From contig CAWBMP010000002.1 in the NCBI GenBank assembly GCA_963790025.1, positions 192,001 to 256,000 of the forward strand: a DNA stretch of 64,000 nucleotides, in the 5' to 3' direction. Position 1 is the first letter of the stretch. Each line of letters begins with the position of its first letter. Positions 10,499 to 21,576 of this stretch are shown in pieces. The notes under the pieces are model-generated. The model ran no database searches. It was not told the DNA's origin and saw only the letters and a list, made by a program, of their open reading frames with translations. Source of the stretch: Nitrospirota bacterium (GTDB lineage Bacteria > Nitrospirota > Thermodesulfovibrionia > Thermodesulfovibrionales > Dissulfurispiraceae). Made by a program: the position numbers and the translations under genes.

Positions 10499-13400
10499 CA
10501 GCAGTGCCGACAGCTGGCGCCGTCACGTGTGCTTTGTATTTTTCACGACCCAACAAGCGCGATACCATCACGAAGAAGAATGGAATGAAGATCAGGTCGA
10601 TAAAGGTGGCAGAGAGGAGTCCGCCCGTTACGGCCGTGCCTATCGCGTTCTGGGCCCCGGCGCCGGCCCCCTTGGTCAGCGCGAGCGGCAACGTGCCGAA
10701 GAAGAAGGCAAGGGAAGTCATGAGAACCGGACGGAGTCTGATTTTCACGGCGTTCAACGTCGCCTCCACAAGTTCGTGCCCCTGGAGCATCTGTTCCTTG
10801 ATGAACTGGATGATCAGGATGGCGTTCTTGGTCGAAAGCCCGACTGTCGTAAGCAGACCGATCTGGAGATAAACGTCATTGGGAAGGCCGCGGAGCGTAA
10901 CCATGCTGACAGCGCCAACCAGACCGAGCGGCAGCATCAGCATATTCACAAAAGGAATCGTCCAGCTTTCATACAATGCTGCAACCGCGAGAAAGACAAC
11001 GAGGAGGGAGATTGCATAAAGCGCAGGCGCCTGCTCACCGGCATTCTTTTCCTCGTACGAAAGGCCGGTCCATTCGTATCCGATTCCTGGCGGGAGCTGA
11101 GCCGCCATCTTCTCCATCTCGGCCATTGCCTCGCCTGTGCTTACACCTGGAACGGCCTGCCCCAGGATCTCGACCGACGGGAGGCCGTTGTAACGCTCAA
11201 GGCGGGGCGAGCCGTACTGCCAGCGGGCTGTAGCAAAGGCGGAGAACGGCACCATCTGGCCGTCTTTGTTGCTGACGTACCAGCTGTTGATGTCCTCCGG
11301 CAGCATCCGGTAGCGTGGATCGGACTGGAGATAGACCTTCTTCACCCGGCCGTCCTGGATGAAGTTGTTAACGTAGGTGCTCCCCCATGCGGCAGAGAGA
11401 ACGTCGTTGATATTACTCAACGAGACCCCGAGCGCACCGGCCCTTACGTCATCGATATCCAGCTTGAACTGGGGAGAATCGTCCTGGCCATTGGGGCGCA
11501 CCGCAGTCAGTTTCGGATCCTTCATTGCCATGCCGAGCAGTTGGTTGCGCGCCTCCATCAGCTTCTCGTGCCCTACCCCTCCCCGATCCTGCAACTGGAA
11601 GTCGAAGCCGTTGGCCACCCCCAACTCAAGCACCGCCGGCGGGGCAAAGGCAAAGGCGATGCCGTCACGGATTTGCGAGAACGCCTTCATCGCCCGCGCC
11701 GCAATGGCAGGGGCCTTCAGGTCCGGGGTTTTGCGCACATTCCAGTCCTTGAGCCTCACCCATGCGAGCCCCATGTTCTGCCCGCGGCCGGCAAAGCTGA
11801 ACCCGGACACGGTGATAATCCCCTCCACCGTCTTCTTCTCGTCCTCCAGGAAGTGGCGCTCCATCTGTTTCAGGGACTGCAGCGTTCGTTCCACGGTGGC
11901 GCCGGGGGGGAGCTGTATCTGGCAGAGCAGGAATCCCTGGTCCTCGTCCGGCAGGAACGAGGTGGGGAGGTTGTGGAAGAAGTACCCCATCGCGACCACG
12001 ATAGCGCCGTAAACCACCAGGTAGCGCACCGGCTTTCCAAAGGAACGGCCGACGATCCCTTCGTATTTGCCCCGGCAGAAGTCGAATCCCCGATTGAAAT
12101 AACGGAAAAACCAGGCAAGCCAGCCGGTCTCGCCGGCATGTTGTCCCTTTGCGACAGGCTTCAGGATAGTGGCGCATAGGGCCGGGGTCAGGATCTGGGC
12201 CACCAGCACTGACAGGATCATGGCCGAGATTATAGTGATGGAGAATTGGCGATAGATGACGCCAGTAGAACCGCCGAAGAACGCCATCGGGAGGAAGACC
12301 GCCGAAAGGACGGTGGCGATCCCCCACAGGGCGCTGGTTATCTGTCCCATGGACTTGATGGTAGCGTCACGGGGGGAGAGCCCCTCCTCGGTCATGATCC
12401 TCTCCACGTTCTCAACCACCACGATGGCGTCGTCCACCAGGAGGCCGATGACGATGACTAGGGCGAACATGGTAAGGGTGTTGATGGAGAACCCGCTGGC
12501 AGCCAGCACTCCCATGGTTCCCAGGAGTACCACCGGCACGGCGATGGTCGGTATAAAGGTAGCCCGGATGTTCTGCAGGAACAAGAACATGATGATAAAT
12601 ACCAGGCAGATAGCCTCCAACAGCGTGTGTACCACTTCTTCAATGGAAATCTTCACGAAGGGGGTGGAATCGTAGGGATAGACTACCTTCATTGCTGGCG
12701 GGAAGTACTTTGAGAGTTCCGCCATCTTAGCCTTAACCCGGTTTGCGGTATCCAGGGCGTTGGCCCCGGCCGCCAGCCGGAGCGCCACTCCCCCCATCGG
12801 CTTCCCATTGTAGAACGACTGAATGTCGTAATTTTCGGTGCCGATCTTGCACTCAGCCACATCCCTAACTTTTACGGTAGAGCCGTCGGTGTTGGTGCGA
12901 AGGATGACATTATTGAACTGATCGGGCGTCTGCAGCAAGGTGCGGGCCGTGATCGTAGCATTCAGTTGCTGCCCTTTGACGGCAGGAGTCCCGCCGAACT
13001 GGCCGGCCGATACCTGGACATTCTGGGACTGCAGGGCACTTATAACGTCATTCGTGGTCAGATGGTAGTTGTTGAGCTTCGCCGGGTCGAGCCATATCCT
13101 CATGGCGTTCTGGGTGCCGAACACCAACACTTCGCCTACCCCGTCCAGGCGGCTGATGGTATCCTGAATATTCGAAACCATGTAGTCGGTCAGGGTATTG
13201 CGGTCCATGGAGCCATCTTCCGAAACCAGACCCACGATCAGCATGTAGTTCCGGCCGGACTTGACCACCTGAATCCCCTGCTGCTGCACGATCTGGGGGA
13301 GAAGCGGCATGGCCAGCTGGAGCTTATTCTGCACCTGCACCTGGGCGATGTTCGGGTCAGTCCCCGCCTTGAAGGTCAGAGCGATGCTAACCGCCCCGGC

Positions 13401-13652
13401 CGAGTCGCTCGTGGAGGCCATGTAGATCATGTTATCGATACCATTCAGCTTCTGTTCGATCACTTGGGTGACCGTATCCTGCGCCGTCTGCGCCGAGGCG
13501 CCCGGATAGGTTGCGTTAATGGCAATCTGGGGCGGTGCGATGGGGGGGTACTGAGAAACCGGCAGTGTTTTGATCGACAGGAGGCCCGCCAGCATGACCA
13601 TGATGGCGATTACCCATGCAAAGATAGGACGATTTATAAAGAATCTGGACAT
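10485..13652 (-). CDS. acrB: RND efflux permease (AcrB/MexB, HAE1 family)
   Basis: [33 protein letters not shown] and RLRPVLMTS; 1055 aa. Confidence 0.95.
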   Translation of the reverse strand: MSRFFINRPIFAWVIAIMVMLAGLLSIKTLPVSQYPPIAPPQIAINATYPGASAQTAQDTVTQVIEQKLNGIDNMIYMASTSDSAGAVSIALTFKAGTDPNIAQVQVQNKLQLAMPLLPQIVQQQGIQVVKSGRNYMLIVGLVSEDGSMDRNTLTDYMVSNIQDTISRLDGVGEVLVFGTQNAMRIWLDPAKLNNYHLTTNDVISALQSQNVQVSAGQFGGTPAVKGQQLNATITARTLLQTPDQFNNVILRTNTDGSTVKVRDVAECKIGTENYDIQSFYNGKPMGGVALRLAAGANALDTANRVKAKMAELSKYFPPAMKVVYPYDSTPFVKISIEEVVHTLLEAICLVFIIMFLFLQNIRATFIPTIAVPVVLLGTMGVLAASGFSINTLTMFALVIVIGLLVDDAIVVVENVERIMTEEGLSPRDATIKSMGQITSALWGIATVLSAVFLPMAFFGGSTGVIYRQFSITIISAMILSVLVAQILTPALCATILKPVAKGQHAGETGWLAWFFRYFNRGFDFCRGKYEGIVGRSFGKPVRYLVVYGAIVVAMGYFFHNLPTSFLPDEDQGFLLCQIQLPPGATVERTLQSLKQMERHFLEDEKKTVEGIITVSGFSFAGRGQNMGLAWVRLKDWNVRKTPDLKAPAIAARAMKAFSQIRDGIAFAFAPPAVLELGVANGFDFQLQDRGGVGHEKLMEARNQLLGMAMKDPKLTAVRPNGQDDSPQFKLDIDDVRAGALGVSLSNINDVLSAAWGSTYVNNFIQDGRVKKVYLQSDPRYRMLPEDINSWYVSNKDGQMVPFSAFATARWQYGSPRLERYNGLPSVEILGQAVPGVSTGEAMAEMEKMAAQLPPGIGYEWTGLSYEEKNAGEQAPALYAISLLVVFLAVAALYESWTIPFVNMLMLPLGLVGAVSMVTLRGLPNDVYLQIGLLTTVGLSTKNAILIIQFIKEQMLQGHELVEATLNAVKIRLRPVLMTSLAFFFGTLPLALTKGAGAGAQNAIGTAVTGGLLSATFIDLIFIPFFFVMVSRLLGREKYKAHVTAPAVGTAVAEE

Positions 13653-13662
13653 GAACTCTCCT

Positions 13663-14901
13663 TTACTTCTTTGCTTCCGCCGTCTTCACCGGGCCTGCAG
13701 GCGAGCTGTCTACCTTACTCGCGAACGTAACGGCCTTTACGGGCATTCCCGAACGCACCCTTTGAATTCCTTCGAGGATAACCCGGTCGCCTGTTTTAAG
13801 TCCGTCGCTGACCAGCCAGCAGTCGCCGACTGTACGGACGACCTTTATGGCGCGCGGCTCCGCCTTTTCTTCGCTTTCTACTACCGTAACCATTGGGTCT
13901 CCGGCAGGGTTGCGTGTCACCCCTCTCTGAGGAACAAGAATCGCATGTTCATTGACCCCTTCCTCTATGACCGCGCGGACGAACATCCCCGGAAGCAGGG
14001 TCTGCTTTGGGTTCGGGAAGACCGCGCGCAGTGTTATGGAGCCGGTACTTTGGTCAACCGTAACTTCAGAAAACTTGAGCGTTCCGGTCAGCGGATACAT
14101 ACTGCCGTCCTCCAGCAAAAGCTTCACCCGGGTCTGCGCTGCGCCACTGCTTTTCATAAGGCCGCTGGCCATGTCCTGTTTCAGGTGGAGCAGGTCTGCG
14201 CTGGACTGGGTGACATCAACATATATGGGACTGAGCTGCTGGATCGTGGCCAGCGCGGCGGGCTGACTTGCCGTTACGAGAGCGCCATTGGTCACTGATG
14301 ACCGGCCTATCCGTCCTGAGATGGGTGCAGTTACCTTCGTATATGCCAGGTTTATCCGCGCGGATTCGAGCGCTGCCTTTCCTGCCTCTACATCGGCCTC
14401 AGCCTGCTTGACCGCTGCACTTGCATCATCGTAGTCCTGCTGACTGACCGCGTTGATTTCGACGAGATCTTTATAGCGCTCGGCCTTAAGCCGGGCCGGC
14501 ACGAGATTGGCTTCAACTTTATCAAGTGCGGCCTTTGCACTGTTGAAAGATGCCTGGTACGTGGCCGGATCTATCTGATAGAGCACCTCTCCCGCCTTGA
14601 CATCAGCACCTTCGGTAAACAGTCGCTGTTTGATAATGCCGCTTACCTGTGGTCTCACCTCGGCTATAAGGTATGCAGATGTCCGGCCCGCAAGCTCTGT
14701 TGAAAGCGCCACGCGCTGAGGCCTCACCACAACAACGCTTACCTCGGGAGGTGCGCTCGGCGTCTTTGCGATTGCAGTACTCCGTTTTGCGCATCCTGCA
14801 ATTAAAAGAAATGTGGCAAGTATCCCGGTGACAGCAATTATGCCAGATTTCCTCTTGCTCAGTACAAGAATCTCCAAAAGCGTCATGTCAACTTCCTCCA
14901 T
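13663..14901 (-). CDS. acrA: RND efflux periplasmic adaptor (AcrA/MexA) lipoprotein
   Basis: Lipobox [15 protein letters not shown] and [10 protein letters not shown]. Confidence 0.95.
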   Translation of the reverse strand: MEEVDMTLLEILVLSKRKSGIIAVTGILATFLLIAGCAKRSTAIAKTPSAPPEVSVVVVRPQRVALSTELAGRTSAYLIAEVRPQVSGIIKQRLFTEGADVKAGEVLYQIDPATYQASFNSAKAALDKVEANLVPARLKAERYKDLVEINAVSQQDYDDASAAVKQAEADVEAGKAALESARINLAYTKVTAPISGRIGRSSVTNGALVTASQPAALATIQQLSPIYVDVTQSSADLLHLKQDMASGLMKSSGAAQTRVKLLLEDGSMYPLTGTLKFSEVTVDQSTGSITLRAVFPNPKQTLLPGMFVRAVIEEGVNEHAILVPQRGVTRNPAGDPMVTVVESEEKAEPRAIKVVRTVGDCWLVSDGLKTGDRVILEGIQRVRSGMPVKAVTFASKVDSSPAGPVKTAEAKK

Positions 14902-14930
14902 ATGTGAGACATACGTAACAACGTAATAAG

Positions 14931-15542
14931 TTACTTCAGGTACCCTTTAAGCAAACATTCAACCAGAGCAGCAGCTAACACATTCCGATCCGCCCATGGA
15001 AAACTTTTTCTGTACATTGTCATCAGGATCAGACCCTGAACTGCTACAGCAAGAGACTGCGTCATCACATCTGTATCCATCGCCTGAAGCCTGCCTGCAT
15101 CAATGCAATCCTGTACAATTTCTCTGAATATGAAATATGAATTTCGTGCCATGGACTCCTTTCCCATGAATTCTTCCTGTTTGCCATAAACATCGGGTCT
15201 CGTGAAGAAAAATACTTTATATTGGTGCGGGTTATTGAATCCGAATTCTATAAAATAGAGTAAAGCTTGACGAAGGGTATTAAGAGGATCGGTGTAACGC
15301 GCTCTTATATGTTTGAGATTTGCAAGATATTGTTCAGCAACTTCTTCACATATAGCTAATAGCAAATCGTCCTTGTCTTTGAAATAAAGATAGATGGTGG
15401 TAGGTGAATAGTCTATTTTTTCGGCGAGCTTACGCATAGAGAAGTTTTCATAGCCCTCAGCTATAAAAAGTTCGCGGGCCTCATCCAGAATCTCCCGACG
15501 GAATTCCTCCCTGTACTTGGTCCTCTTTTCTTTGACTCCCAT
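14931..15542 (-). CDS. TetR/AcrR family transcriptional regulator
   Basis: HTH GYENFSMRKLAEKIDYSPTTIYLYFKDK; first gene of the efflux operon. Confidence 0.95.
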   Translation of the reverse strand: MGVKEKRTKYREEFRREILDEARELFIAEGYENFSMRKLAEKIDYSPTTIYLYFKDKDDLLLAICEEVAEQYLANLKHIRARYTDPLNTLRQALLYFIEFGFNNPHQYKVFFFTRPDVYGKQEEFMGKESMARNSYFIFREIVQDCIDAGRLQAMDTDVMTQSLAVAVQGLILMTMYRKSFPWADRNVLAAALVECLLKGYLK

Positions 15543-15570
15543 TAATTCACCTTAACGAAGATATCTTAAC

Positions 15571-15583
15571 TTAACACTGTTAA
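15571..15583. promoter_or_regulatory. Putative TetR operator palindrome TTAACA-C-TGTTAA
   Basis: Perfect 6-1-6 inverted repeat about 30 bp upstream of the tetR start. Confidence 0.6.
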
Positions 15584-15629
15584 ATTTAACTCGTCACATT
15601 TATTTTTGTCAAACCTCCCGAGAAGTGCA

Positions 15630-15844
15630 ACAGAAAATATCTCTCTTGGCCGGCAGAGCACCCGGATATCGGAGCACTCGGGATTGCCTGCATCCCGGAG
15701 CTGGCCCAGGGTATACGGCTTTGCATCAATCTTGGAATTGCCCCCTTAGGAATACCTCTGAACGCCAACCGATGTGCGATATGGATGAAACAGGCTCGCC
15801 AGAGTTTATTCAGCCTTGAGGAGCTTGAGGAACTGGTAAAATAA
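15630..15844 (+). pseudogene. C-terminal fragment of a DUF116-like protein
   Basis: Manual translation gives ...EHPDIGALGIACIPELAQGIRLCINLGIAPLGIPLNANRCAIWMKQARQSLFSLEELEELVK*. No start codon or N-terminal part. Confidence 0.6.
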
Positions 15845-15937
15845 ACCTTACCCTGTCTTTTTTTCGTTGCGAAGTCGACGCCGGCGGTTTCTGTCATAAT
15901 ATAAGCTGAAGTTAATAGGTGAAAAAGGATAATAGTA

Positions 15938-16231
15938 ATGAAGTGCAAAATCATCGCAGAGCAGACACTCTTGGCCTCGATTATTTTTGACAATACCAGG
16001 TTTGTTGAGGCACGAGCGCTTATTGGCCCGGATGATTTTTCTCAGGACGTGCACAGACTAATCTATGAGGTGATGCTCGTGCTCTATGCAAACAATGAGT
16101 TCATCGATTTCATTAATCTTTCTGAGAAACTTCTCAGCAAGGGGCAGATAGCGGCATTCTCCTATCTTAAGAATTTTTATACCTGGCCGGTTTCGGAAGA
16201 CATAGGTGATCTTGCTGAAAACATCCTCTAA
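15938..16231 (+). CDS. Stand-alone DnaB-helicase N-terminal-like domain protein (or fragment)
   Basis: AEQTLLASII...DDF...HRLIYEVM..L....IDFINL matches the DnaB N-domain pattern. There is no ATPase domain. Confidence 0.7.
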   Translation: MKCKIIAEQTLLASIIFDNTRFVEARALIGPDDFSQDVHRLIYEVMLVLYANNEFIDFINLSEKLLSKGQIAAFSYLKNFYTWPVSEDIGDLAENIL

Positions 16232-16258
16232 ACGACTCTTTAGGAAGCACCTGCATTG

Positions 16259-17329
16259 TCACTTTTGAGGACGCAGCAACAAGTTCTCGGTCTGTAGCTC
16301 CAATTCTGCCCAGCGAACCTTGTAGTCCATGGCTTGCCCCAGATCGTATCGTGATATACCCTCTTCACACAACCACCTTACCTTTTCCATTTGCAGCAGG
16401 TTGCCTATAGAATATCTGCTCCAATCCTCCGCATAGCTGAATTGCTGGCCCCGATAATATCTCCCGGTTATGCCGCCAAACATAAACCCGATATCCCGGC
16501 CGCCTTTTTTTGCAAAAATAACTCTGCCCATCCCGGAAAGGCTGAGCCGCCGGAGCATCAGCCAGTAGAAGTCACGGGAAGGCTGAACAGTCATGCCGCA
16601 CTGTCCTATACCTTTCCAACTTGCCTCTTCAACAGCCAGCATCCGCGCATAAGCTTCGTCTGCCTGCTCTATAGACATGGGCAGACAACGCTCAAAAACC
16701 ACACCTCTGTCGGCCAGCTGCAAGGCTGCCCTCCTAAGATTCCGGCGCAGGTTGGCTGACCGCCTGGACAAGTATCCATCCACATTCCCGGCGAGTGAGG
16801 CACATTGAAAAATAGAGGGCTCCAGTTGAACAACATCGTAATGTTTGTTAAAAGTCGTCAGTACCTTAATTAACAAAGAGGATCCATAAATAATACCGCT
16901 CAGCAGGACAAACGGTTGGCTGTGACAAAAGGATTCCTCCTGCAGCAGCAATGCCAGTAGTTCAACAGCATCCGGCCCAAGCAAAGGACAGCCAAAAAAC
17001 CAGTTCGACTCGATCGGTTCCAAGATAAACCCAATGTTCGGGAGTTCATAACCTGCAAAGGCAATAATACTATTATTAGAACTACGGAAATACAATTCCC
17101 TATGAGGGCTGAACGCTTCGTGGAAAGAGAACTGCCACTCAGTCCGGCAACAGAAAGGATCGGCTTGCTCAGTATTTCCGGCAATCTGGTTCAGGAACGA
17201 GTTTGCATGATCCAGCATTTCCTTCGTAAAATATGCAAGGTCCTGGCGTTCCGGTTGCCCGACACGACGATTGCACCCACCTGGACTTAACTGCATGAGC
17301 TCCCGATGCACATTAACGGCATTACACAC
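16259..17329 (-). CDS. GNAT-family acetyltransferase (CelD/BcsL-like); true start may be near 17222
   Basis: YLSRRSANLRRNLRR, ASWKG, YSIGNLLQ and YDLGQAMDYKVRWA. Confidence 0.75.
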   Translation of the reverse strand: MCNAVNVHRELMQLSPGGCNRRVGQPERQDLAYFTKEMLDHANSFLNQIAGNTEQADPFCCRTEWQFSFHEAFSPHRELYFRSSNNSIIAFAGYELPNIGFILEPIESNWFFGCPLLGPDAVELLALLLQEESFCHSQPFVLLSGIIYGSSLLIKVLTTFNKHYDVVQLEPSIFQCASLAGNVDGYLSRRSANLRRNLRRAALQLADRGVVFERCLPMSIEQADEAYARMLAVEEASWKGIGQCGMTVQPSRDFYWLMLRRLSLSGMGRVIFAKKGGRDIGFMFGGITGRYYRGQQFSYAEDWSRYSIGNLLQMEKVRWLCEEGISRYDLGQAMDYKVRWAELELQTENLLLRPQK

Positions 17330-17515
17330 ATTGAATTCTTAGAAAATTGCTTTCTCAGCACAAAAAAAGAATAACACGCGTCACAAAATTTATCAAAATA
17401 GCTCACATGATACGCAATCGCTATAACAACTCTAACTGTTAAAATAAAGTTAAATATGGACAGACCTTTCCACGTGATAGTGTCAGAGAAGCGGTTTGAG
17501 ATTTTTGGGGGGGAA

Positions 17516-18271
17516 TCATATTAAAAGTCGTATGGCCACACAGACGAGAACTATATCTACAAGAATATAAAATGTTTTTATGTTTATCCTTTCAATAATC
17601 CTGCCTGATAACAATATTGAAATTAAAACACAAGGGAGGCTAATCAGCGTATACTTAAATGGAAGCAAGAGAGATTGATGTAAAACCGAGTAGTATAAAA
17701 TTAACCATATCGTGTCGAATGCCATCCAAACCAGAAGAAGCGTTGTTCGAAAAGAAGAAATCCGCTTAAATGTGTTTTTAGCTGCTATCGTGACCAACGG
17801 GCCTCCAATTGCTATGGCGCTATTGACGACGCCTCCGGCAAAAGAACATATAACGGCGTATATCCTATTGTCTTTGAGAAAGCTGTTTTTCAATTTAAGG
17901 CTTATCAGATTAAAAATTACGTTTCCAAGGATAAAAAAGCCAAGGATTGTTTTAAGAACATTGCTGTCAAAATATGAATAGACAAAGAAACCAAAAGGCA
18001 ATCCGAATAGTGCCGGAAATAGTATCCATGATAGTTTTGTGTAATTGATGCCGGTCTTTTCTTTAATCAATAATATACCCGATGTTATAACTGAGAGCAT
18101 CATTGTTGTCGGAATTAACACGATTTTTATGTCAAATAGAAACGAAAGAAAGGGGAGAACTATCAGTGTGTTGCCAAAACCGAGTACCGCGTATACAACG
18201 TGTGCGGCGAACATTACGATGCAGAATATCAGCCACTTGACCATTATGTAGTATACTGTGAATGATGTCAA
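17516..18271 (-). CDS. TSUP (TauE/SafE) family membrane protein, AT-rich
   Basis: About 8 TM helices, GFGNTLIVLP and AIGGP motifs. Confidence 0.8.
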   Translation of the reverse strand: MTSFTVYYIMVKWLIFCIVMFAAHVVYAVLGFGNTLIVLPFLSFLFDIKIVLIPTTMMLSVITSGILLIKEKTGINYTKLSWILFPALFGLPFGFFVYSYFDSNVLKTILGFFILGNVIFNLISLKLKNSFLKDNRIYAVICSFAGGVVNSAIAIGGPLVTIAAKNTFKRISSFRTTLLLVWMAFDTIWLILYYSVLHQSLLLPFKYTLISLPCVLISILLSGRIIERINIKTFYILVDIVLVCVAIRLLI

Positions 18272-18373
18272 AAAGAGTCCCTAAAAAAATCTCTTATCTC
18301 AAGATTAAAACCGGGGCTGTCACTTCGAATAGTCCGAAACATAGCTGGCAGGCTTCTGCATCACTTGAAGGGA

Positions 18374-18611
18374 TTAGAGCCAGGAAGTCGAACTCTCCTC
18401 TGTATTGTCAGAGTTATTCATGAAAGAGATACCCGCAGTTACAGGCGGCATCTTCCCAAAGGCCTTTTTGTAATAATTTACTATATTTATTTCTTCCTCG
18501 CGCCATTTTTCCGATCTGTTCCTCTCCAGCCTCAAGCACTATATATTTCATCTGCCTAAAACTTGGGCTCAGGATTGTCCTGTCTTTGTGCAGTCTCAAA
18601 ATAGCTACCAC
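18374..18611 (-). pseudogene. Frameshifted C-terminal fragment of a DUF3047-like protein
   Basis: HKDRTILSPSFRQMKYIVLEAGEEQIGK, then an extra A in the run at ~18506-18510, then WREEEINIVNYYKKAFGKMPPVTAGISFMNNSDNTEESS. Confidence 0.6.
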
Positions 18612-18718
18612 TTAAAAGAGTACACATACCAAGTCCACACTTTTGACACGACTATAGTACTCTCGATTTTCGTAGGAGGTGCGCCAACTTCGGTCAAAAA
18701 TTCAATGCTGATTAACAC

Positions 18719-19585
18719 TCACACGCTCAGAACTGGAATCGGCACCGCGCAAATGATTGCGTAGCCGTGGGTCCGCAGGTGACCTCCATAAGGCCGGCAA
18801 CCGGTAACCAGCAAGTCCGCCTTCGTCTGTTTCGCAGCTTGACTCAGCACCTTGGGCACGTCACCACTACCGATAAATACGTCTGCCTTGATGCCCATGA
18901 CTTGCTGGAACTCTGCTATATGCCGAGAAGCATTGCCGACAAGCGCCTCTTTCAACTCTCCATCAACGTTGCTGCCGCCCGGCCCCCACAACTCCACCCC
19001 GGGAGTGACGTGGGCAAGCGTAAGACGGGCACCAAATTCGGCGGCCATTTGAGAGGCACATGACACAGCTTTATGATTATAGGTTGTGAAATCGACTGCG
19101 CACAGGACATTGCGGATAGCAAACTTCTGCACTGACAGTTCTTCCACGTGGGCGTCGGTCCAAACCGGGCACTCGGTCCCGTGTAAAACTTTCGCCGTCA
19201 CAGAGCCCAGAAGAAACTGGCTGAACGTGTGGCCATAGGACGGCATCATTATCAGGTCGGCTTTTTCCTTCTCGGCCGTCTGCACAATTGCCTGGGCCGC
19301 GTTGCCTTTGACCAATACGCGCTGAATGGCAAGGTCATCAAGCTCCGGCCCGAGAGACCGGTCCAGGTTTTTCTCGGCCTCTCTGGTGATCTCCGTGAGC
19401 ATATCCCAACCAGCCAGCCCTGGACCATCCTCTGGCACACCGGCGGTGTGGCTCAGCGCTGTCAGGACATGGAGCATCACGATCTCAGAGTGGAAATGAC
19501 GGGCCAATGCCGCAGCCTGATGAATCACATGCAGCGAGGTATCCGGGAAATCAACCGGAAGAAGAATTTTTTTAATATTCAGCAT
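18719..19585 (-). CDS. Universal stress protein, tandem USP domains
   Basis: KKILLPVDF, ADLIMM...LLGSVTAKVL..TECPVW and a second domain starting NVLCAVD. Confidence 0.92.
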   Translation of the reverse strand: MLNIKKILLPVDFPDTSLHVIHQAAALARHFHSEIVMLHVLTALSHTAGVPEDGPGLAGWDMLTEITREAEKNLDRSLGPELDDLAIQRVLVKGNAAQAIVQTAEKEKADLIMMPSYGHTFSQFLLGSVTAKVLHGTECPVWTDAHVEELSVQKFAIRNVLCAVDFTTYNHKAVSCASQMAAEFGARLTLAHVTPGVELWGPGGSNVDGELKEALVGNASRHIAEFQQVMGIKADVFIGSGDVPKVLSQAAKQTKADLLVTGCRPYGGHLRTHGYAIICAVPIPVLSV

Positions 19586-19609
19586 CGCTCTGCCTGTTTA
19601 TGGTCCACT

Positions 19610-19975
19610 TTAGGGCTGACTTCCCCCTTTACTCTTTCTATGCGTACTGTCAGCAAATGAATAGCCGACAGCCTTAATAGTACTGAGGAATTCCGGTGAT
19701 TGCCCGCTGATTGTAACATGCTTGCCCAGCCTATTCCCCATTTTGTAACATATTGAAATTATGTCCAGGCATGAAGTATCTATTACCGTCACTTTTCCAA
19801 AATCCAGAAAAAGATTATCCACGGATAAGAGTGCCTCTAAAATTGCCGATTTCAGGTTTGCCTCCTGCTGCAAGGTCAATTCACCGGATACAGATAAAAT
19901 CCCAACAGTATTTGTTTCGGCCCTACTAAATGATATCACAGGAATCCTCGAATTAAGTTGATCAAAACAATTCAC
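19610..19975 (-). CDS. STAS domain protein (anti-sigma factor antagonist-like)
   Basis: LSVSGELT and LFLDFGKVTVIDTSCL. Confidence 0.8.
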   Translation of the reverse strand: MNCFDQLNSRIPVISFSRAETNTVGILSVSGELTLQQEANLKSAILEALLSVDNLFLDFGKVTVIDTSCLDIISICYKMGNRLGKHVTISGQSPEFLSTIKAVGYSFADSTHRKSKGGSQP

Positions 19976-20408
19976 TGATGTGGGCTATTATATTTTTTCT
20001 TATGTATCGACTATTTGCTAAATTTCTTGTCACCACATAAGACTTAATCACGCGCATGGCATGTTCTCCTCCAATATTAAATTTAAGTCGCATATTACTG
20101 CCGAAAAGTTACACAAAAGCGTCATAGACTATTTTTTTTGCCTCCACTTGAACGTAGGGAGAGCAAGCGGTGTGCAATTCTATAAATCCTAAAATTGTTT
20201 GGTTTCATTGTAACTTTCTGATTATCCCCTCCGACTTATTTAATATGAAATCCGTCAAGGGGTGGAACATTCATTTTGAAAGCCTGTCCACAGAAATTAA
20301 AACTGCAGTGATGGATCTCTTATTCCACCTCAACAGGGCACTGCTGATTTCCAGTTTTAACATCGTACTTGCCTTTGCCCTTTTATTCCTTGAAAGAAAA
20401 GGGGATGC

Positions 20409-20870
20409 ATGATGTTTGCAAGGCACGGGAGTTATCTGAGAAATCTTATCTATGGAGGATATGCTTTGTTCTTTTGTTTTTTTTCAGTTGTGTTGCCTTT
20501 TCCAGCTCAGGCCGCTGATCCTTCAAATGTGGATACAACGCCTGATCAGATAATCTCAAAATTGAAAGATCGCCTCCATCTTACGGAAGACCAGGAAACA
20601 AGGGTAAGGCCTGTCATTGAGGAATTTGTCAATAAACGCGGCCAGATTATGGGAAACAGCATGATGGATGCAAAAACGAAAAGAAGTTCATTACAGCAGC
20701 TTCAATGGTCCACGGATATGCGGCTCGGCCAGATTTTTACAGAGGATCAGATGACGGTGTACCAAAGGCTACGGGAGGAACAGAATGAACGCCAGCATGG
20801 CGACACGCGACAAGGCGGTGACATGCAACGTAGCAGAGGCTCGCGCTCAGGCGGACAAATTGGTTTCTGA
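20409..20870 (+). CDS. Exported helical protein, Spy/CpxP (LTXXQ)-like
   Basis: Signal peptide ending AQA, LHLTEDQ and IFTEDQ repeats, good RBS. Confidence 0.7.
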   Translation: MMFARHGSYLRNLIYGGYALFFCFFSVVLPFPAQAADPSNVDTTPDQIISKLKDRLHLTEDQETRVRPVIEEFVNKRGQIMGNSMMDAKTKRSSLQQLQWSTDMRLGQIFTEDQMTVYQRLREEQNERQHGDTRQGGDMQRSRGSRSGGQIGF

Positions 20871-20880
20871 GTAAAGTGAT

Positions 20881-21196
20881 TGCTCATTCTGGCCAATTTG
20901 AGCGGGCATTAGGAGAGCTTGGATCTGATCGACGATAAATGCACAACAAAAAAGGTAACCTTTGAGCAAAGGATCAACGGCTCTCTGTTCATCCTAAGCA
21001 ATGGCGTGAGACTCACCTATAAGGTGATTACTGAAAGACCAAAAATTTCACAGAAGAAAACAGTGCGACGCAAAAAATCCAGCGTTCCCTCGAAGGATCA
21101 TCCCTGGAGAAAAAGCATAATTCAGAACAGCCTTCCCAAAAGAAAATTTAACCCTTACTCATACTGAAAAGGGGACATTTCTAAATTGGCGTAACA
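20881..21196 (+). mobile_element. IS remnant: transposase C-terminus (ISNCY/IS481-like) with right terminal sequence
   Basis: Peptide ends ...VPSKDHPWRK, followed by GGGGACATTTCTAAATTGGCGTAACA (21171-21196). An IS-end-like TGCTCATTCTGGCCAATTTGAGCGGGCATT lies at 20881. Confidence 0.7.
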
Positions 21197-21320
21197 GAAA
21201 TAAGAAGCTGGAAGCTATTCTGACATTGTGGAGAGTCAAAAGTGCGGACTCATATTTGATCCCGATACGGGACAGTGTGCCACATCTCTGAAGATTATGA
21301 ATTCATACTAGACTGAAGAT

Positions 21321-21483
21321 TGCAAATCGGCAGTGATTTTTGACCCATCATCGGCGTCCAATTGACCCGCTCATTCTGATGTTAACTGCTTTTTGCAGCA
21401 ATAGGTTACTATGTCAAATGACGGGTCACAGTTAAGTGCCGATAATGCCAAAATGTGGGTCAAATTTGCCGCGCCTGTCAACA
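21321..21483. mobile_element. IS21-family-derived MITE (163 bp), related to 921-1082
   Basis: TG...CA ends. The left end has two ATCGGC-n8-TGACCC repeats and the right end has two inverted GGGTCA... copies. Size and architecture match the first element. Confidence 0.75.
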
Positions 21484-21576
21484 TATGCTGCATTGTTGCG
21501 CACCAGGTCTGATATAATTACAATAGTATGAATGAAAATTATTACGTAAGTAATCTTTCATTTTAAGGAGGATTCG

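Noticed and set aside
10467..14298. Long plus-strand ORFs (570, 254, 242 aa) over the RND genes
   Set aside because: Antisense shadows of GC-rich coding sequence with no motifs.
20170..20412. 80-aa ORF or structured leader upstream of the Spy-like gene
   Set aside because: No recognisable protein or RNA motif, only a weak inverted repeat.
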